Virus record (IMG/VR): IMGVR_UViG_3300050821_001343 | Span: 35,182 to 99,181 of that record | Direction: 5' to 3' (one strand) | Length of the DNA stretch: 64,000 nucleotides | From: a virus | Shown here: piece after piece, positions 39,847 to 49,256 of the stretch | Layout of the letters: each line of letters starts with the position of its first letter | How positions within the stretch are numbered: the stretch's first letter is position 1 | Made by a program: the position numbers and the translations under genes | The notes under the pieces: generated by a model | Seen by the model: the letters and a program-made list of their open reading frames with translations, nothing else | Told to the model about the DNA's origin: nothing | Databases searched by the model: none

Positions 39847-40810
39847 GGGTTCCTTTGTCGTAGTCCAGTAATGCAAAACATGTGGCTGTATACGGTTGGT
39901 TCTCTGGTTTCAGGAAGAACGCAGCAAATTCCTTCCGGCTAGTGCATGTTACTAGAGCGTCCTTGACAATCTCGGCGGCTCTGTTTCTGTGCGCCACTTC
40001 AATGCCGGGGTCCGGTAAATCTCGCAGGCGTTTCTGCTCGGCATAGAATTCCTTGCGGTTCTTGAGGAACGTAGGGAACTTTACTTTGAGTTTCAGGGGC
40101 ACAGTGCCGGGAATTCGGTATGAGACAACGTATCCTTCGGACTTGTTACTGTCTGCGTTTAGTGCATCCTTCAAGGAGAGATTGTTTATCTCTGCGGCCA
40201 TATCCAATTTGTTCTTGAAAGCATACTCGCTCACTATCCCCCCGTGAGCCTCTTCCCCTGTTTCAATGTTGATAAGGTCTAATAGGAACAGGCCGTCTTT
40301 AGGATATTTGATAACATGTGGCTGAATCTCTTGACAGATTATTTCGAACACCGGAGTATAACCATAGGGAAAGTCAATAAAGGCAGTCTGATCCAAATGA
40401 TTTTTCAACCATTGAGTAGCAAATTCAGCGTGCGGGGAATGGAATGATCCTTTAGTTGCGATCCCCCAGTGCTCTTTATAGCGCCACAGAATACCAAGAC
40501 ACCCGTTGATCTTCTCTGTGATAACTGGTGGGTTACCATTCGCCTCTTCAATCGCGGCTCTGTTTAACAAGTTTGGATACTGGTCGATGGAAAAGAATTT
40601 CTCATAAGGACGGGCAATGACATTTCCTTCGTCGTCTACAATCAAGCCTCGCGTGCGGCACGTAACGTCATCCCATACCTCATCATAAACTGCCCGTTTG
40701 CCGTAGCAGTAGATGGTTAAAGGTAGGGTGTTGTGTCGGCGTGCTGTGACAAGTCCACTAGTAACATACCAGCGGAGTTTGTCAACGTCAATGTAGTCAG
40801 AGAGTCTCAT
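39797..40810 (-). CDS. RNA ligase, T4 RnlA/Rnl1-like
   Basis: RGLI......ARPYEKFF, EKINGCLG, ATKGSF, FEII, EGYV, KVK. Confidence 0.88.
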   Translation of the reverse strand: MRLSDYIDVDKLRWYVTSGLVTARRHNTLPLTIYCYGKRAVYDEVWDDVTCRTRGLIVDDEGNVIARPYEKFFSIDQYPNLLNRAAIEEANGNPPVITEKINGCLGILWRYKEHWGIATKGSFHSPHAEFATQWLKNHLDQTAFIDFPYGYTPVFEIICQEIQPHVIKYPKDGLFLLDLINIETGEEAHGGIVSEYAFKNKLDMAAEINNLSLKDALNADSNKSEGYVVSYRIPGTVPLKLKVKFPTFLKNRKEFYAEQKRLRDLPDPGIEVAHRNRAAEIVKDALVTCTSRKEFAAFFLKPENQPYTATCFALLDYDKGTHDNGQREGSTESTKVG

Positions 40811-41066
40811 ATGTTCTTACCGTTCTGATTTTGATTCCAAAAGTTGGCCCATTGTTGTTAATTTGAAACCGCTCTCAGGTCCGATGTGAGGCTGACGATA
40901 AAAGCTACCATCATTTTTAATAGTGAATAGAGCCCAATCATCAGCGTCATTACGTGCCACAATGTCAACGCCATTTCCTTTTTTAACGGCAACGATTTCC
41001 CATGTGGGGTCGCTTGTGTGTTCTTTTACTACGAGATTAACTGCCATGATTCTCCTCCACGTGTCC

Positions 41067-41498
41067 CTACTTCTGTGAGTTGTTAGGTACCGGGAACGAA
41101 TTTCCACTTCCCGGCCCGTTCTGTTGGCACTCTGTCTGAGTGTCTACTGTGTCCTGTGCTAGTTGCGTGAGTCCGATGAATGTTTCAATTTCACGGGCTT
41201 GTTCTAGTTCGTTCTGCGCATCAGGGATACTTTTATACATGCCCCGGAGGTACTCGTAGTCAGCTTTAAACGTCTTTTCTGCGGCGGCAAACTCAGGTTC
41301 CGTACAGGGTGTATTCCCATACACTTGCAGGGCTTTATTCGTCTTGTCAACGTTCTCGTAGTACGTATCTGAGAAAGTTTTAATCAGTGCTTTCTCTGAT
41401 TTCACCGGGTCTACGTGAACCACATGAGTGGACGGTAAGGCGTGGGTGCTCGCTACGAACACCCCAATGGACAGTACAAGCGCCGTGATCTTGTTCAT
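41067..41498 (-). CDS. Secreted/periplasmic hypothetical protein
   Basis: Cleavable signal peptide MNKITALVLSIGVFVASTHA. Confidence 0.5.
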   Translation of the reverse strand: MNKITALVLSIGVFVASTHALPSTHVVHVDPVKSEKALIKTFSDTYYENVDKTNKALQVYGNTPCTEPEFAAAEKTFKADYEYLRGMYKSIPDAQNELEQAREIETFIGLTQLAQDTVDTQTECQQNGPGSGNSFPVPNNSQK

Positions 41499-42358
41499 TA
41501 AATCGTTATCTCCTGATCTGGCCCAACGTACTCACCTTCGACTACACCGTTCTCGATGCTCTCTTGAGCGGATTCGACTTCGGCTTCTGCTGCGGCCTGT
41601 GCTCTCTGTTGCTCTTTCTTCTCTTTAGATGCAATGTATTGCAAAAAGATTGCACCAAATTGCTCTCTTTCTTCAGGAGTGACAAAACGAAAGTCACTAA
41701 ACACGGGTACATAAGATACGAACTTTCCCGTGGTGATCAGCTTCGTTGTAAGCTTGAACTTCACATCGAAAATGTTCGGCTTAACACCCTCGGCTTCCTT
41801 CATCCACAGGATGCGCGTTAGATTCTGCATCCCGGCTTCGAAGTTCTGCTTCGCCTTGGACCGAATGAACATCTGCAACGGCATCTTGTACTTCGAATCA
41901 ATCAGAAGTGCCCGGTAGTGAGCATCACATGGAGGGATCAGGGCCTTGTTGGTCTGCCCATTGTTCTTTTCCTTGTACTCCCTCCACTGTGTCCAGTCCT
42001 GTCTTGCGCAGTTTGCACAATTCACGGCCTGCGGAATACGTGCCTTGGGATGTGGCACCTTCATGTCAGTGCTAAAGCACATCAGGTTCTCTGGTGTACG
42101 ATTCAGTTCTCCGGGGTTGCCAATGTGATATTGACGCTGCTCGGTCGGGTCTACTAGGAGTGTACACCACATCTCCTCGAATTGATCCCCTGTTTCAACG
42201 ATTCTCAGGTTTCCTTTAATGGCACCTTCAACTTGACTATTTGGTTGAACAATTGCTAGATTGGCTGGTTTCAGTTCGAACAGCGGATTGTTCCGGTTCA
42301 TTCCCAGACCGCCTGCCTGAATTGACGCATTGTTCAAAACGGTTAGTTCACTCGACAT
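41498..42358 (-). CDS. Putative ssDNA-binding/recombination protein
   Basis: C.S.D...P......P....CANC...W Zn motif and acidic C-tail; next to the exonuclease; AAGGAG RBS. Confidence 0.45.
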   Translation of the reverse strand: MSSELTVLNNASIQAGGLGMNRNNPLFELKPANLAIVQPNSQVEGAIKGNLRIVETGDQFEEMWCTLLVDPTEQRQYHIGNPGELNRTPENLMCFSTDMKVPHPKARIPQAVNCANCARQDWTQWREYKEKNNGQTNKALIPPCDAHYRALLIDSKYKMPLQMFIRSKAKQNFEAGMQNLTRILWMKEAEGVKPNIFDVKFKLTTKLITTGKFVSYVPVFSDFRFVTPEEREQFGAIFLQYIASKEKKEQQRAQAAAEAEVESAQESIENGVVEGEYVGPDQEITI

Positions 42359-42511
42359 GTTCTCCTTGTTTGAATTTGCATAAAAATTACTGTGTCGGGA
42401 ATTTATTTCCCCGAATCCCCTGCAAGGGCATGGGCTTTGCTCTGCATTAGGTTTGCAGACCCTTTGCTTTTCATTGTCCCAACGGAGCCTTTTACTCCAC
42501 ACATTAAGTAC

Positions 42512-42540
42512 AGTATACCACAACTAAGCTGATTTGTCAA
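42512..42540 (-). promoter_or_regulatory. Sigma70-type promoter
   Basis: TTGACA-17bp-TATACT with TGTGG extension. Confidence 0.8.
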
Positions 42541-43708
42541 GCAAATTCTGCAAGGCTGTCAGTAATTCAGGGGAGGATTTAACCTCTTTCTTTTCAACTT
42601 TTTGGTCCCTCAAGGACTCTAACGATGCCAGCCTATCGGCATATTTTTTCAAACACGTTTCACAGGGATTGCCTCCATTGCATTTCGGGCGTCTTACTCC
42701 CTTGTACGTCTTGGCTCCCTTGCAGGCAACCTTCAGGTCAGCCTCTTTGGTCGCCTTCTTCTCGGCCTTCTTAGCCGCCTTCCGGTGGTCCTTGGAATCC
42801 TCCATGGCTCTATTCAGGTCAGCCATTGACCGGCTCAGTTCTAAGGCTCGTAGAAAAGCTATCCATCCAAGCGTTGCTAGTTGACTGTCAACATGCCAAG
42901 CTTCGAACTCAGCGTCTTCTTTACCTAAACGTATAATCCAAATGTCTTCTACCTGCTCGCCTGTTTCTTCCTCATAGGCTTGCATGTATGCTGCCGTCTG
43001 TAGGATGAACTCGACATAGAGATAATTGCTTGTCTTCCAGTCGATGAGGGTTAACCTGTCCTTGAAATGTTCTTTGCAGCACAGTGGGTTGTTACAAGAA
43101 TCGGCTCGTGCCAGACCATCCATGGTTCCGGCGTACTTGTACCGTCTGCTGTAAATCTTACGCTCAGTACCAAGGAAACGCACGTTGTGATTCTGCGACC
43201 AATCCAACATAGCGACTACTGCATTTTGTGCTCTGGGCTCTACAGGAAAGTTGGATAGCTGGCTCTCGGTCGCGGCTGCGTCCTCGGTCAAGACTGTCCC
43301 GATGTACGTCTCGATCCAGTTATGGGCCTCAGTACCAACAGCCCCTGCGTCCTCAAGCTTGTCACGGTGTGCGGACTTGGCTTGCATGATCCATTTGGTA
43401 AATGCCGGTTCATGGAATGAGTAGTAATCCTTTACACCTTCAGGGGTGATGTTGTATCCTGTTGCAAAGTCTTTTGCCGTAGCAATCAGCTTTTGGGCCA
43501 TCATCTTTGATCCCCAAGGCAGAAGAATGCTGGACTTATCTAGGATGTGACAGATGTGGGTAACACCATCTTGCACTTCCAGACCATTGGGAGTCGCCAG
43601 CAGATACACATGGTTTTTAACATCGTACCTTAGCTCAACCGTGTTGTTATAAAACCAATAGCTCTCGGTTACTCCACCGAACTTTTGTATAAGGGATTCA
43701 AGACTCAT
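42524..43708 (-). CDS. PD-(D/E)XK exonuclease
   Basis: GT..H...E, E......YAGT.D, IDWKTS, Q.AAY. Confidence 0.85.
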   Translation of the reverse strand: MSLESLIQKFGGVTESYWFYNNTVELRYDVKNHVYLLATPNGLEVQDGVTHICHILDKSSILLPWGSKMMAQKLIATAKDFATGYNITPEGVKDYYSFHEPAFTKWIMQAKSAHRDKLEDAGAVGTEAHNWIETYIGTVLTEDAAATESQLSNFPVEPRAQNAVVAMLDWSQNHNVRFLGTERKIYSRRYKYAGTMDGLARADSCNNPLCCKEHFKDRLTLIDWKTSNYLYVEFILQTAAYMQAYEEETGEQVEDIWIIRLGKEDAEFEAWHVDSQLATLGWIAFLRALELSRSMADLNRAMEDSKDHRKAAKKAEKKATKEADLKVACKGAKTYKGVRRPKCNGGNPCETCLKKYADRLASLESLRDQKVEKKEVKSSPELLTALQNLLDKSA

Positions 43709-44059
43709 GTGCTCCTGTAACTTCTACCACCGATCCACTGCTTTTAAGTCCGACACAAGTATCCACTTTAACCGCGTTGGCTCCTCGTGTTTGTAAGTAC
43801 CAGCGGTCTTAATACCTGCATCGTTTCCACTAATCTCTACCAGAGTGCCAAACCTCCAGCCATTGGAATAATAAGATACCGGCTTGCCGATTTCAACACC
43901 AGCCGGTATAGGGGTCAGGTTTGTGTTACGTTTTCGGTTCTGCATGTGCATCCCCTCTCTCGTCCCCTACTGGATAACAGAACCATCGGTCATTCCACAG
44001 ATGATAATAACTTATAGACAGTTCGGGACGTGCGATTAGTTGGCCGCAATTCTTACAGA

Positions 44060-44296
44060 TCATTCTGCCTCTCGAAACTTCCTGCCTACTGATTCTTGTG
44101 ATAGCACCTTCGGGGTATGTTCTGTATGGTATTCTGCTATAAACTCGGCAACGTGGTTCATGGTGAAATTTATCCTCCCGGAAGGATCACCCCCACATGC
44201 CTTCATTACCGTCATTCTTTCTCCACGAAATCTAATAGTTTGTTTGAGCAGCCAATCGAGAGCCTGTTCTTTTTCTTCATCAGTAATCGGTGACAT
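44060..44296 (-). CDS. Hypothetical protein with C-terminal GRKFR motif
   Basis: ATG 44296 after a GAGGAG RBS; ends QESVGRKFREAE. Confidence 0.55.
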   Translation of the reverse strand: MSPITDEEKEQALDWLLKQTIRFRGERMTVMKACGGDPSGRINFTMNHVAEFIAEYHTEHTPKVLSQESVGRKFREAE

Positions 44297-44536
44297 GTCA
44301 TGACTCCTCGACTTTCTCCGGGGAATGGTGTAATGCTCTGTGTGACAATTCTTCTTCGTCCTTGTGTACACGACATACCGGCCTGCGAGAACTCTTGTCC
44401 GCATAGCCGAAGGTATCTAGTGAAAACCTCCAGAACGACGCATGTGCGTAGCACCCAAGTGAGTCAGTTCCGTTGTACTCGATGTGGCTGCACTGTCTCG
44501 GCGTACTAAACGCTCTGATTGGTTCGAAGATCACAT

Positions 44537-44851
44537 TCATGCTTCTGCCTCCTCGAACCCAATTGTTTCCAGAATCCTTGCACTGCGCCTAAGACCGTCG
44601 TTGAAATCGCGCTCTGCCCTCTTGAACCCACGAATCCATGCGGACTTGAGCGGGTTCTCCTTGTAAGGATTGTTGTAAAACTGAACGCGAATCTTGAATG
44701 CGCTCTCCCCTGCTTTGACTGCGGCTAACTCCGCGAGATGGGGAAACTTTGGGGCGAATTTCGGCAGGCTGATAAACTTCGGCCCGTTGAGCGGCTTCTT
44801 GCGGTTATCCCGCTGATTCCTTTGATTCTTCATGATTTGAGTGTGCCACAC
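44537..44851 (-). CDS. Rmf/CrpP-like small protein
   Basis: G..AF......NPY.......W..GF pattern. Confidence 0.4.
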   Translation of the reverse strand: MWHTQIMKNQRNQRDNRKKPLNGPKFISLPKFAPKFPHLAELAAVKAGESAFKIRVQFYNNPYKENPLKSAWIRGFKRAERDFNDGLRRSARILETIGFEEAEA

Positions 44852-44869
44852 TTTCCGGTAAAAGTCAAG

Positions 44870-45340
44870 TTATGCTGCGGGTTCGGTTACAGGTTCGGTT
44901 ACAGGCTCCATTGCGAATAGACCATCTGGATTGCTCTCGATTATATCTGCAATTTGGTCGAACGTCAACCCTTCGTCATTGTCGAAGGCCAGTGCTGCCT
45001 CTCTGCCGTCCGGTGTGGTATAATCACCCAGTGAGCTATTAATGCCGGACCACTTACGCACTTTACGCGGTAAGCCTGCTCTTTCTTGTTCCTCGTCCCC
45101 GTAGACGAAGGAAGGGCTCTCGCTTAGTAGAAATGGGGCTGCAATGACTCCCGCTTCAACGGCCAGTTCACATAATACTCCGAGACAACAAAAACCTTCG
45201 GGTATCTCTTTGCCGGTTAATTCTGACTTGTATGATCTGTTGTGCAGTGTAGTCTTGCCTTGTGGGTATTTACCACTGCGAAGTGCTGCTGTAAATGCAG
45301 TCCGTATCTCATCGCGTGTTGAATCTTTCGTTAATGCCAT
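44870..45340 (-). CDS. Conserved phage hypothetical protein
   Basis: ALRSG.Y.QG...FCCLGVLC...ND.G.TF.QIAD.IE. Confidence 0.6.
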   Translation of the reverse strand: MALTKDSTRDEIRTAFTAALRSGKYPQGKTTLHNRSYKSELTGKEIPEGFCCLGVLCELAVEAGVIAAPFLLSESPSFVYGDEEQERAGLPRKVRKWSGINSSLGDYTTPDGREAALAFDNDEGLTFDQIADIIESNPDGLFAMEPVTEPVTEPAA

Positions 45341-45346
45341 AACTCC

Positions 45347-45874
45347 TCATTTCCCGGCAAGTGCTCTCGCCGCTTTCCGACCTACTGCGTCTTCATCCGG
45401 TTTCAAGTATTCTCCGGTAGATGCAAGTGACTTGTGTCCGAGATACTTTTGTACCTCATGAATATCTAATGCTTCTATCAGCCTCATCGCGCATGAGTGT
45501 TTCAACACATGCGGGTGAAGTTTGTGGTGCGGAATACCTGCGAGTTCCCCGGCACGTTGCATCATCTTGTAGACCCCGTTACGGGTCATTGGAAACAACC
45601 GCTCTCCGTTTGACAAAGTACCAGCGAGTATTTTCAAGCCCTCTGCTTCGTCTAAGTCTGGGTCTTCACTCGCAACGTAGGGATGGATAGTCCCACGCGA
45701 TCCCTTCAGGCGATCCGTTCGCACATACCCATCCCTGATATTCTCTTTGGTCAGGCTAGTTAGCTCGGTGACCCTTAGCCCATGGTTGAATCCAACCTTG
45801 AGCATCAGCCTGTGTCTCGGATTAGAGACATTCTGGATCAGAGACTTGAACTCTTCTTGTGCTAGATGTTGCAT
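45347..45874 (-). CDS. Small tyrosine recombinase (FimB/FimE-size, catalytic domain only)
   Basis: GLRVTEL, LKG, HPHVLKHS, LGH......T..Y. Confidence 0.88.
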   Translation of the reverse strand: MQHLAQEEFKSLIQNVSNPRHRLMLKVGFNHGLRVTELTSLTKENIRDGYVRTDRLKGSRGTIHPYVASEDPDLDEAEGLKILAGTLSNGERLFPMTRNGVYKMMQRAGELAGIPHHKLHPHVLKHSCAMRLIEALDIHEVQKYLGHKSLASTGEYLKPDEDAVGRKAARALAGK

Positions 45875-45880
45875 GTATTA

Positions 45881-45909
45881 AGAGTACCACACTTTTACCC
45901 AGTTGTCAA
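45881..45909 (-). promoter_or_regulatory. Sigma70-type promoter, leaderless recombinase mRNA
   Basis: TTGACA-17bp-TACTCT; ATG 6 nt after the -10 box, no SD. Confidence 0.7.
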
Positions 45910-46163
45910 GTCTTTCAAGCTTTGAGCAAAACCTCAGTACCCTCGGGGGCGAGAATGAACTTCTCATTTGCATCTCTAAAAGCGACCCCAATTCGCCCTT
46001 GCTCAAACCATATAAGCTGCCCACTTATACCTAGCGTGTACACCGTTGGATAGTCATCCGGGGGAGCTAATTTATACAATGTACCCATCTTTAAGTCATT
46101 CCTTCTCAGGAATGGTCTGGCCGGTTCTTTGATATTCTTAACTTCAATGCTCATGGTTTCTCC

Positions 46164-46203
46164 TTGGTTGAGATTGGTTGAGATTGGTTGAGATTGGTTG
46201 AGA
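46164..46203. repeat. Tandem repeat (TTGGTTGAGA)x4
   Basis: Four perfect 10-mers directly upstream of the RBS of ORF 45915..46154. Confidence 0.95.
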
Positions 46204-46668
46204 TGTATCGACCAGTAGCAGGATCAATGCAAACAATGATAGACAGGTCAGCATGGAGTCCTCGTTTACTTCTTGGCGTTGTTTACTGATGTTGACTTAA
46301 ACAGGAAACCCGCTAGCAAATTTAGGCCCAAAGCCTTCCAGAATGTTAACTTAGCAGTACCAAAGATGGCAGCGATGATGGTAGGAGTAAATAATACGTT
46401 TACCAACAGCATCGTGAACCATGCAAAGAGTGCTGAGAACGCGAAGATCAATCCGGCTGCTAGCGCCAGTCCCAACAAAATCCCTAGTACATAAACTAAA
46501 ATCTTGACAAGTGTTTCCATATATCTCCTCATTTCTAGTTACGCCAACAACAGGCAGGCAAGAATGAACAGGATCGGATGCAGGGCGAACAAAGCCGCGA
46601 TCTGCGGACCAAATCCCAACAGGAATAGTACCACTAGGACTAGTAACATAGTTTCTCCTTTCTTGAAG

Positions 46669-46745
46669 TGGTGCCCAATGATGGGTTTGAACCGCCAACC
46701 TTTCGCTTATCAAGCGAACGCTCTTGCCAATTGAGCTAATCGGGC
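46669..46745 (-). tRNA. tRNA-Ile(GAT)
   Basis: Reverse complement GCCCGAT-TAGCTCAATTGGCAAGAGC-G-TTCGC-TTGATAA-GCGAA...TTCAAAC...ATTGGGC-A-CCA. Confidence 0.9.
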
Positions 46746-46777
46746 AGAATTGCGGGGAGTCCGCGTTTCCTCCCCAG

Positions 46778-46811
46778 TGGTGCCCTCACAGGTCTGGTGC
46801 CCTCACAGGTC
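46778..46811. repeat. 17-bp tandem duplication TGGTGCCCTCACAGGTC
   Basis: Two exact adjacent copies. Confidence 0.9.
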
Positions 46812-47754
46812 CACTTACAGGGCGGTGCGCTACTCCCGTCTTGTTAGAAACTTTCCACATTAACGCGAACGGTACGGCCATTCAAGATGTTCTTGATGCG
46901 CCGGATTTCGCCGCGAATGGTTTCCAGTTCCAGTTCCAAATCTTCTGGACTGCCTTGGACCGTGACTGCGGCCCATTCGTTGTGCTCGTTCTCAAGGTAC
47001 TCGTCAAAACTTGCCGCTGTTGACTTCGAGATGGAATTCAGATCGGCTTCCAGTTCAGTTACCAGCCAGTCACCAAGCAGCTTACCGGCAAGGGACAATT
47101 CCGGGAGTAGGATTCCCAAGGCGAGAGCGGATTTACGTACCAATAGTACGGCAACAGTACCTTCTCCGTTGAGTACATCACGCTCGGTCGTGAGAATGAA
47201 GTCCGTGTTGTTGGTTGCTTCATCGGCCACACGAGGGATGTAGTCATCCTCCGGGGTAGTGGCAAATTTGTATGTGTTTCGACTTGACATATTCTTCTCC
47301 TAAAGATTTTTATGAATCACTGACAGGGGCAGGCGATGCCCACCCCTGCCGGTAGTCTTAGACCACGGTGTAATATTTACGGAACGCATCCGCTCCGTCG
47401 CTGAAACTGCCATTCGTGTATACAACGTCCCTCGCCTTCTGATAGGCTTTACCTGCTCTGGTCTTCCCACCCCATGCCAAGGACTCTTTCCGTGTAGCTG
47501 TGTAGGTCAATCCTGTGGCCCAACTGTAGCCGTTTATCAATCCGGTAGTACGGTTAAACAACCAAGCCAGCCAAGAATATTTTGGGCACGTGTTGAATAC
47601 ACGCTTGAAACTCTTGCCCTTTGCCCAAGTCCTTGCTGACTCACATGCACCAAGCTTTTCCAATAGACCTTGAAACTCGGTCGGCTTGATGTTCTGCAAT
47701 TCGAACGGCACGATCTTCTTCGTACGCTTCCTGCTTGTCTTACTCTTAGTGCTT

Positions 47755-48138
47755 TTACTTGATTTTGTCGGCATTTTTCCTCCATACTCTTACGCCAGAT
47801 TGCTCTGTACGCAGTACCACTTTGAACCCTTGACGGTGAGCATAGGTACGGATGCTACCGGCAACTTTTGCTTGCTTCTCGCTCGATGAGGGGACCAGAA
47901 ACGAATCGTCTGTACCCGGTATCAGTGCAGCAATGGGAAAGGTAACGGTCCCTTTGCGGCCCTTGCGTCCGGGTATGGGGACCTTCTCAATCACATAGTC
48001 TCCCATTGAAACTATTCCAACTGCGTCAGCACTTTCGAGTACCAGTGCTGGATTCTCCTGTTCATCAAGTACCGGAGGGTTCGCTGGTTGGATCACAAAA
48101 TCTCCATCTGTAAAGCCTGTCTGACGTTTCTTTGACAT
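47755..48138 (-). CDS. Putative small DNA-binding phage protein
   Basis: IP...FP..L.PG.DSF.VP...GVRVWR motif. Confidence 0.5.
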   Translation of the reverse strand: MSKKRQTGFTDGDFVIQPANPPVLDEQENPALVLESADAVGIVSMGDYVIEKVPIPGRKGRKGTVTFPIAALIPGTDDSFLVPSSSEKQAKVAGSIRTYAHRQGFKVVLRTEQSGVRVWRKNADKIK

Positions 48139-48409
48139 ACTGAAAAATCCTTTCCCGTTATGCGTACCGCATTCCCATGTGGATCAATTGAGATTGTGTC
48201 GTGTAATCCGTGATCGTGTTGAAAATGCTTTCAGCCAGTAGTTTAAAGCGGGTATCTAATTCGAACCCAAAATCATCTCCACCCCGTGCAGCCACACGGT
48301 AATCGCCGGTAGTCAACTGGGTAATAAATATCCTGATTTTCCCGTTGTCCGTAGGATACCAATCTTCGTCGGTCTTCACGTATTTAGTACGTTTTTCCAT
48401 TACAACCTC

Positions 48410-48438
48410 ATAATACCACAGTTTCCGGGAATTGTCAA
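48410..48438 (-). promoter_or_regulatory. Sigma70-type promoter
   Basis: TTGACA-17bp-TATTAT with TGTGG extension. Confidence 0.75.
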
Positions 48439-48621
48439 GCACTTTCTATTACAAGCACAATTCTTTCTTTCCCGGCACATATGCACTGCTCGGCAAACTC
48501 TTGTGCCGAAACTTTATCAGCATCTTCCACTTGGAAGTGCCAGAGCAGCTTGCGCTGTTGACCAAGCGTTGCGAGCGTCGTTTTCGGCTTTTTGTAACTC
48601 TTCAATGTTCATTCTTCCTCC

Positions 48622-48650
48622 ATACTAACACACTTCCGTGTAATTGTCAA
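48622..48650 (-). promoter_or_regulatory. Sigma70-type promoter
   Basis: TTGACA-17bp-TAGTAT. Confidence 0.7.
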
Positions 48651-48964
48651 GGGGTGATTCGAAACTTTCTTCCCGTCTCTTCAACGGCGACTTGCGACAC
48701 CTGTTGGAACAGAACTTCTTTCACAGTTGCGTGCTCCTTGGGTGTAAACTCCCCCGGCTCGGCTAGCATGAATTCACAGACTTGGCCGTACTGTGTTGTC
48801 CCTTTAGGGTGTTTATACTTCGGACTGCCTATATCGTCGTTGGCATACTCACAGGTACGCATTGGAATACGCAGAGAATCTTTCCCGGAGTGCATATAAC
48901 CGCTTATGGCACGGACATAAGGACTTGCCTTTTCTATAGGCAGTCCACAATTTTTGCAGTTCAC
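48647..48964 (-). CDS. Zn-finger hypothetical protein with C-terminal GRKFR motif
   Basis: GTG start, CKNC...H...C, ends EETGRKFRITP. Confidence 0.55.
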   Translation of the reverse strand: MNCKNCGLPIEKASPYVRAISGYMHSGKDSLRIPMRTCEYANDDIGSPKYKHPKGTTQYGQVCEFMLAEPGEFTPKEHATVKEVLFQQVSQVAVEETGRKFRITP

Positions 48965-49254
48965 TGCGTCACCACCTTCGGAGTACCATATACAGTACCA
49001 ATATAGCATGGCGATACAGTATACACAACTTGCTCCTGATTGCACTTTTCTGCAATCTCCCCGCACACTTCAATTACAGTTGGCAGTGTTGTGTCAAAAA
49101 CTTCTATGATAAGAGAGTCCTCGGGAATGCCTCCGTAACTGCCAGCAGCAGACAAGATGGTGTATCCAGTAAAATGATATGCCAGAATGGAGTCGATCAC
49201 ATCCCGGTTCACATCCTCACAGTAGATTCGGTACAGCTTGTCATTCATTAGCAT
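48961..49254 (-). CDS. Small ferredoxin-fold protein, possibly SAM-lyase-like
   Basis: F.GYT....G.YGG..E.S..IE......IA...NQE.V pattern. Confidence 0.4.
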   Translation of the reverse strand: MLMNDKLYRIYCEDVNRDVIDSILAYHFTGYTILSAAGSYGGIPEDSLIIEVFDTTLPTVIEVCGEIAEKCNQEQVVYTVSPCYIGTVYGTPKVVTQ

Positions 49255-49256
49255 GG

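Noticed and set aside
42395-42470. c-di-GMP-I riboswitch-like words (GCAAACC...GCAAAGCC) in the leader
   Set aside because: The GNRA tetraloop/receptor architecture and spacing do not fit.
48448-48612. Possible programmed frameshift joining two tiny ORFs
   Set aside because: No canonical slippery heptamer and no recognisable fused product.
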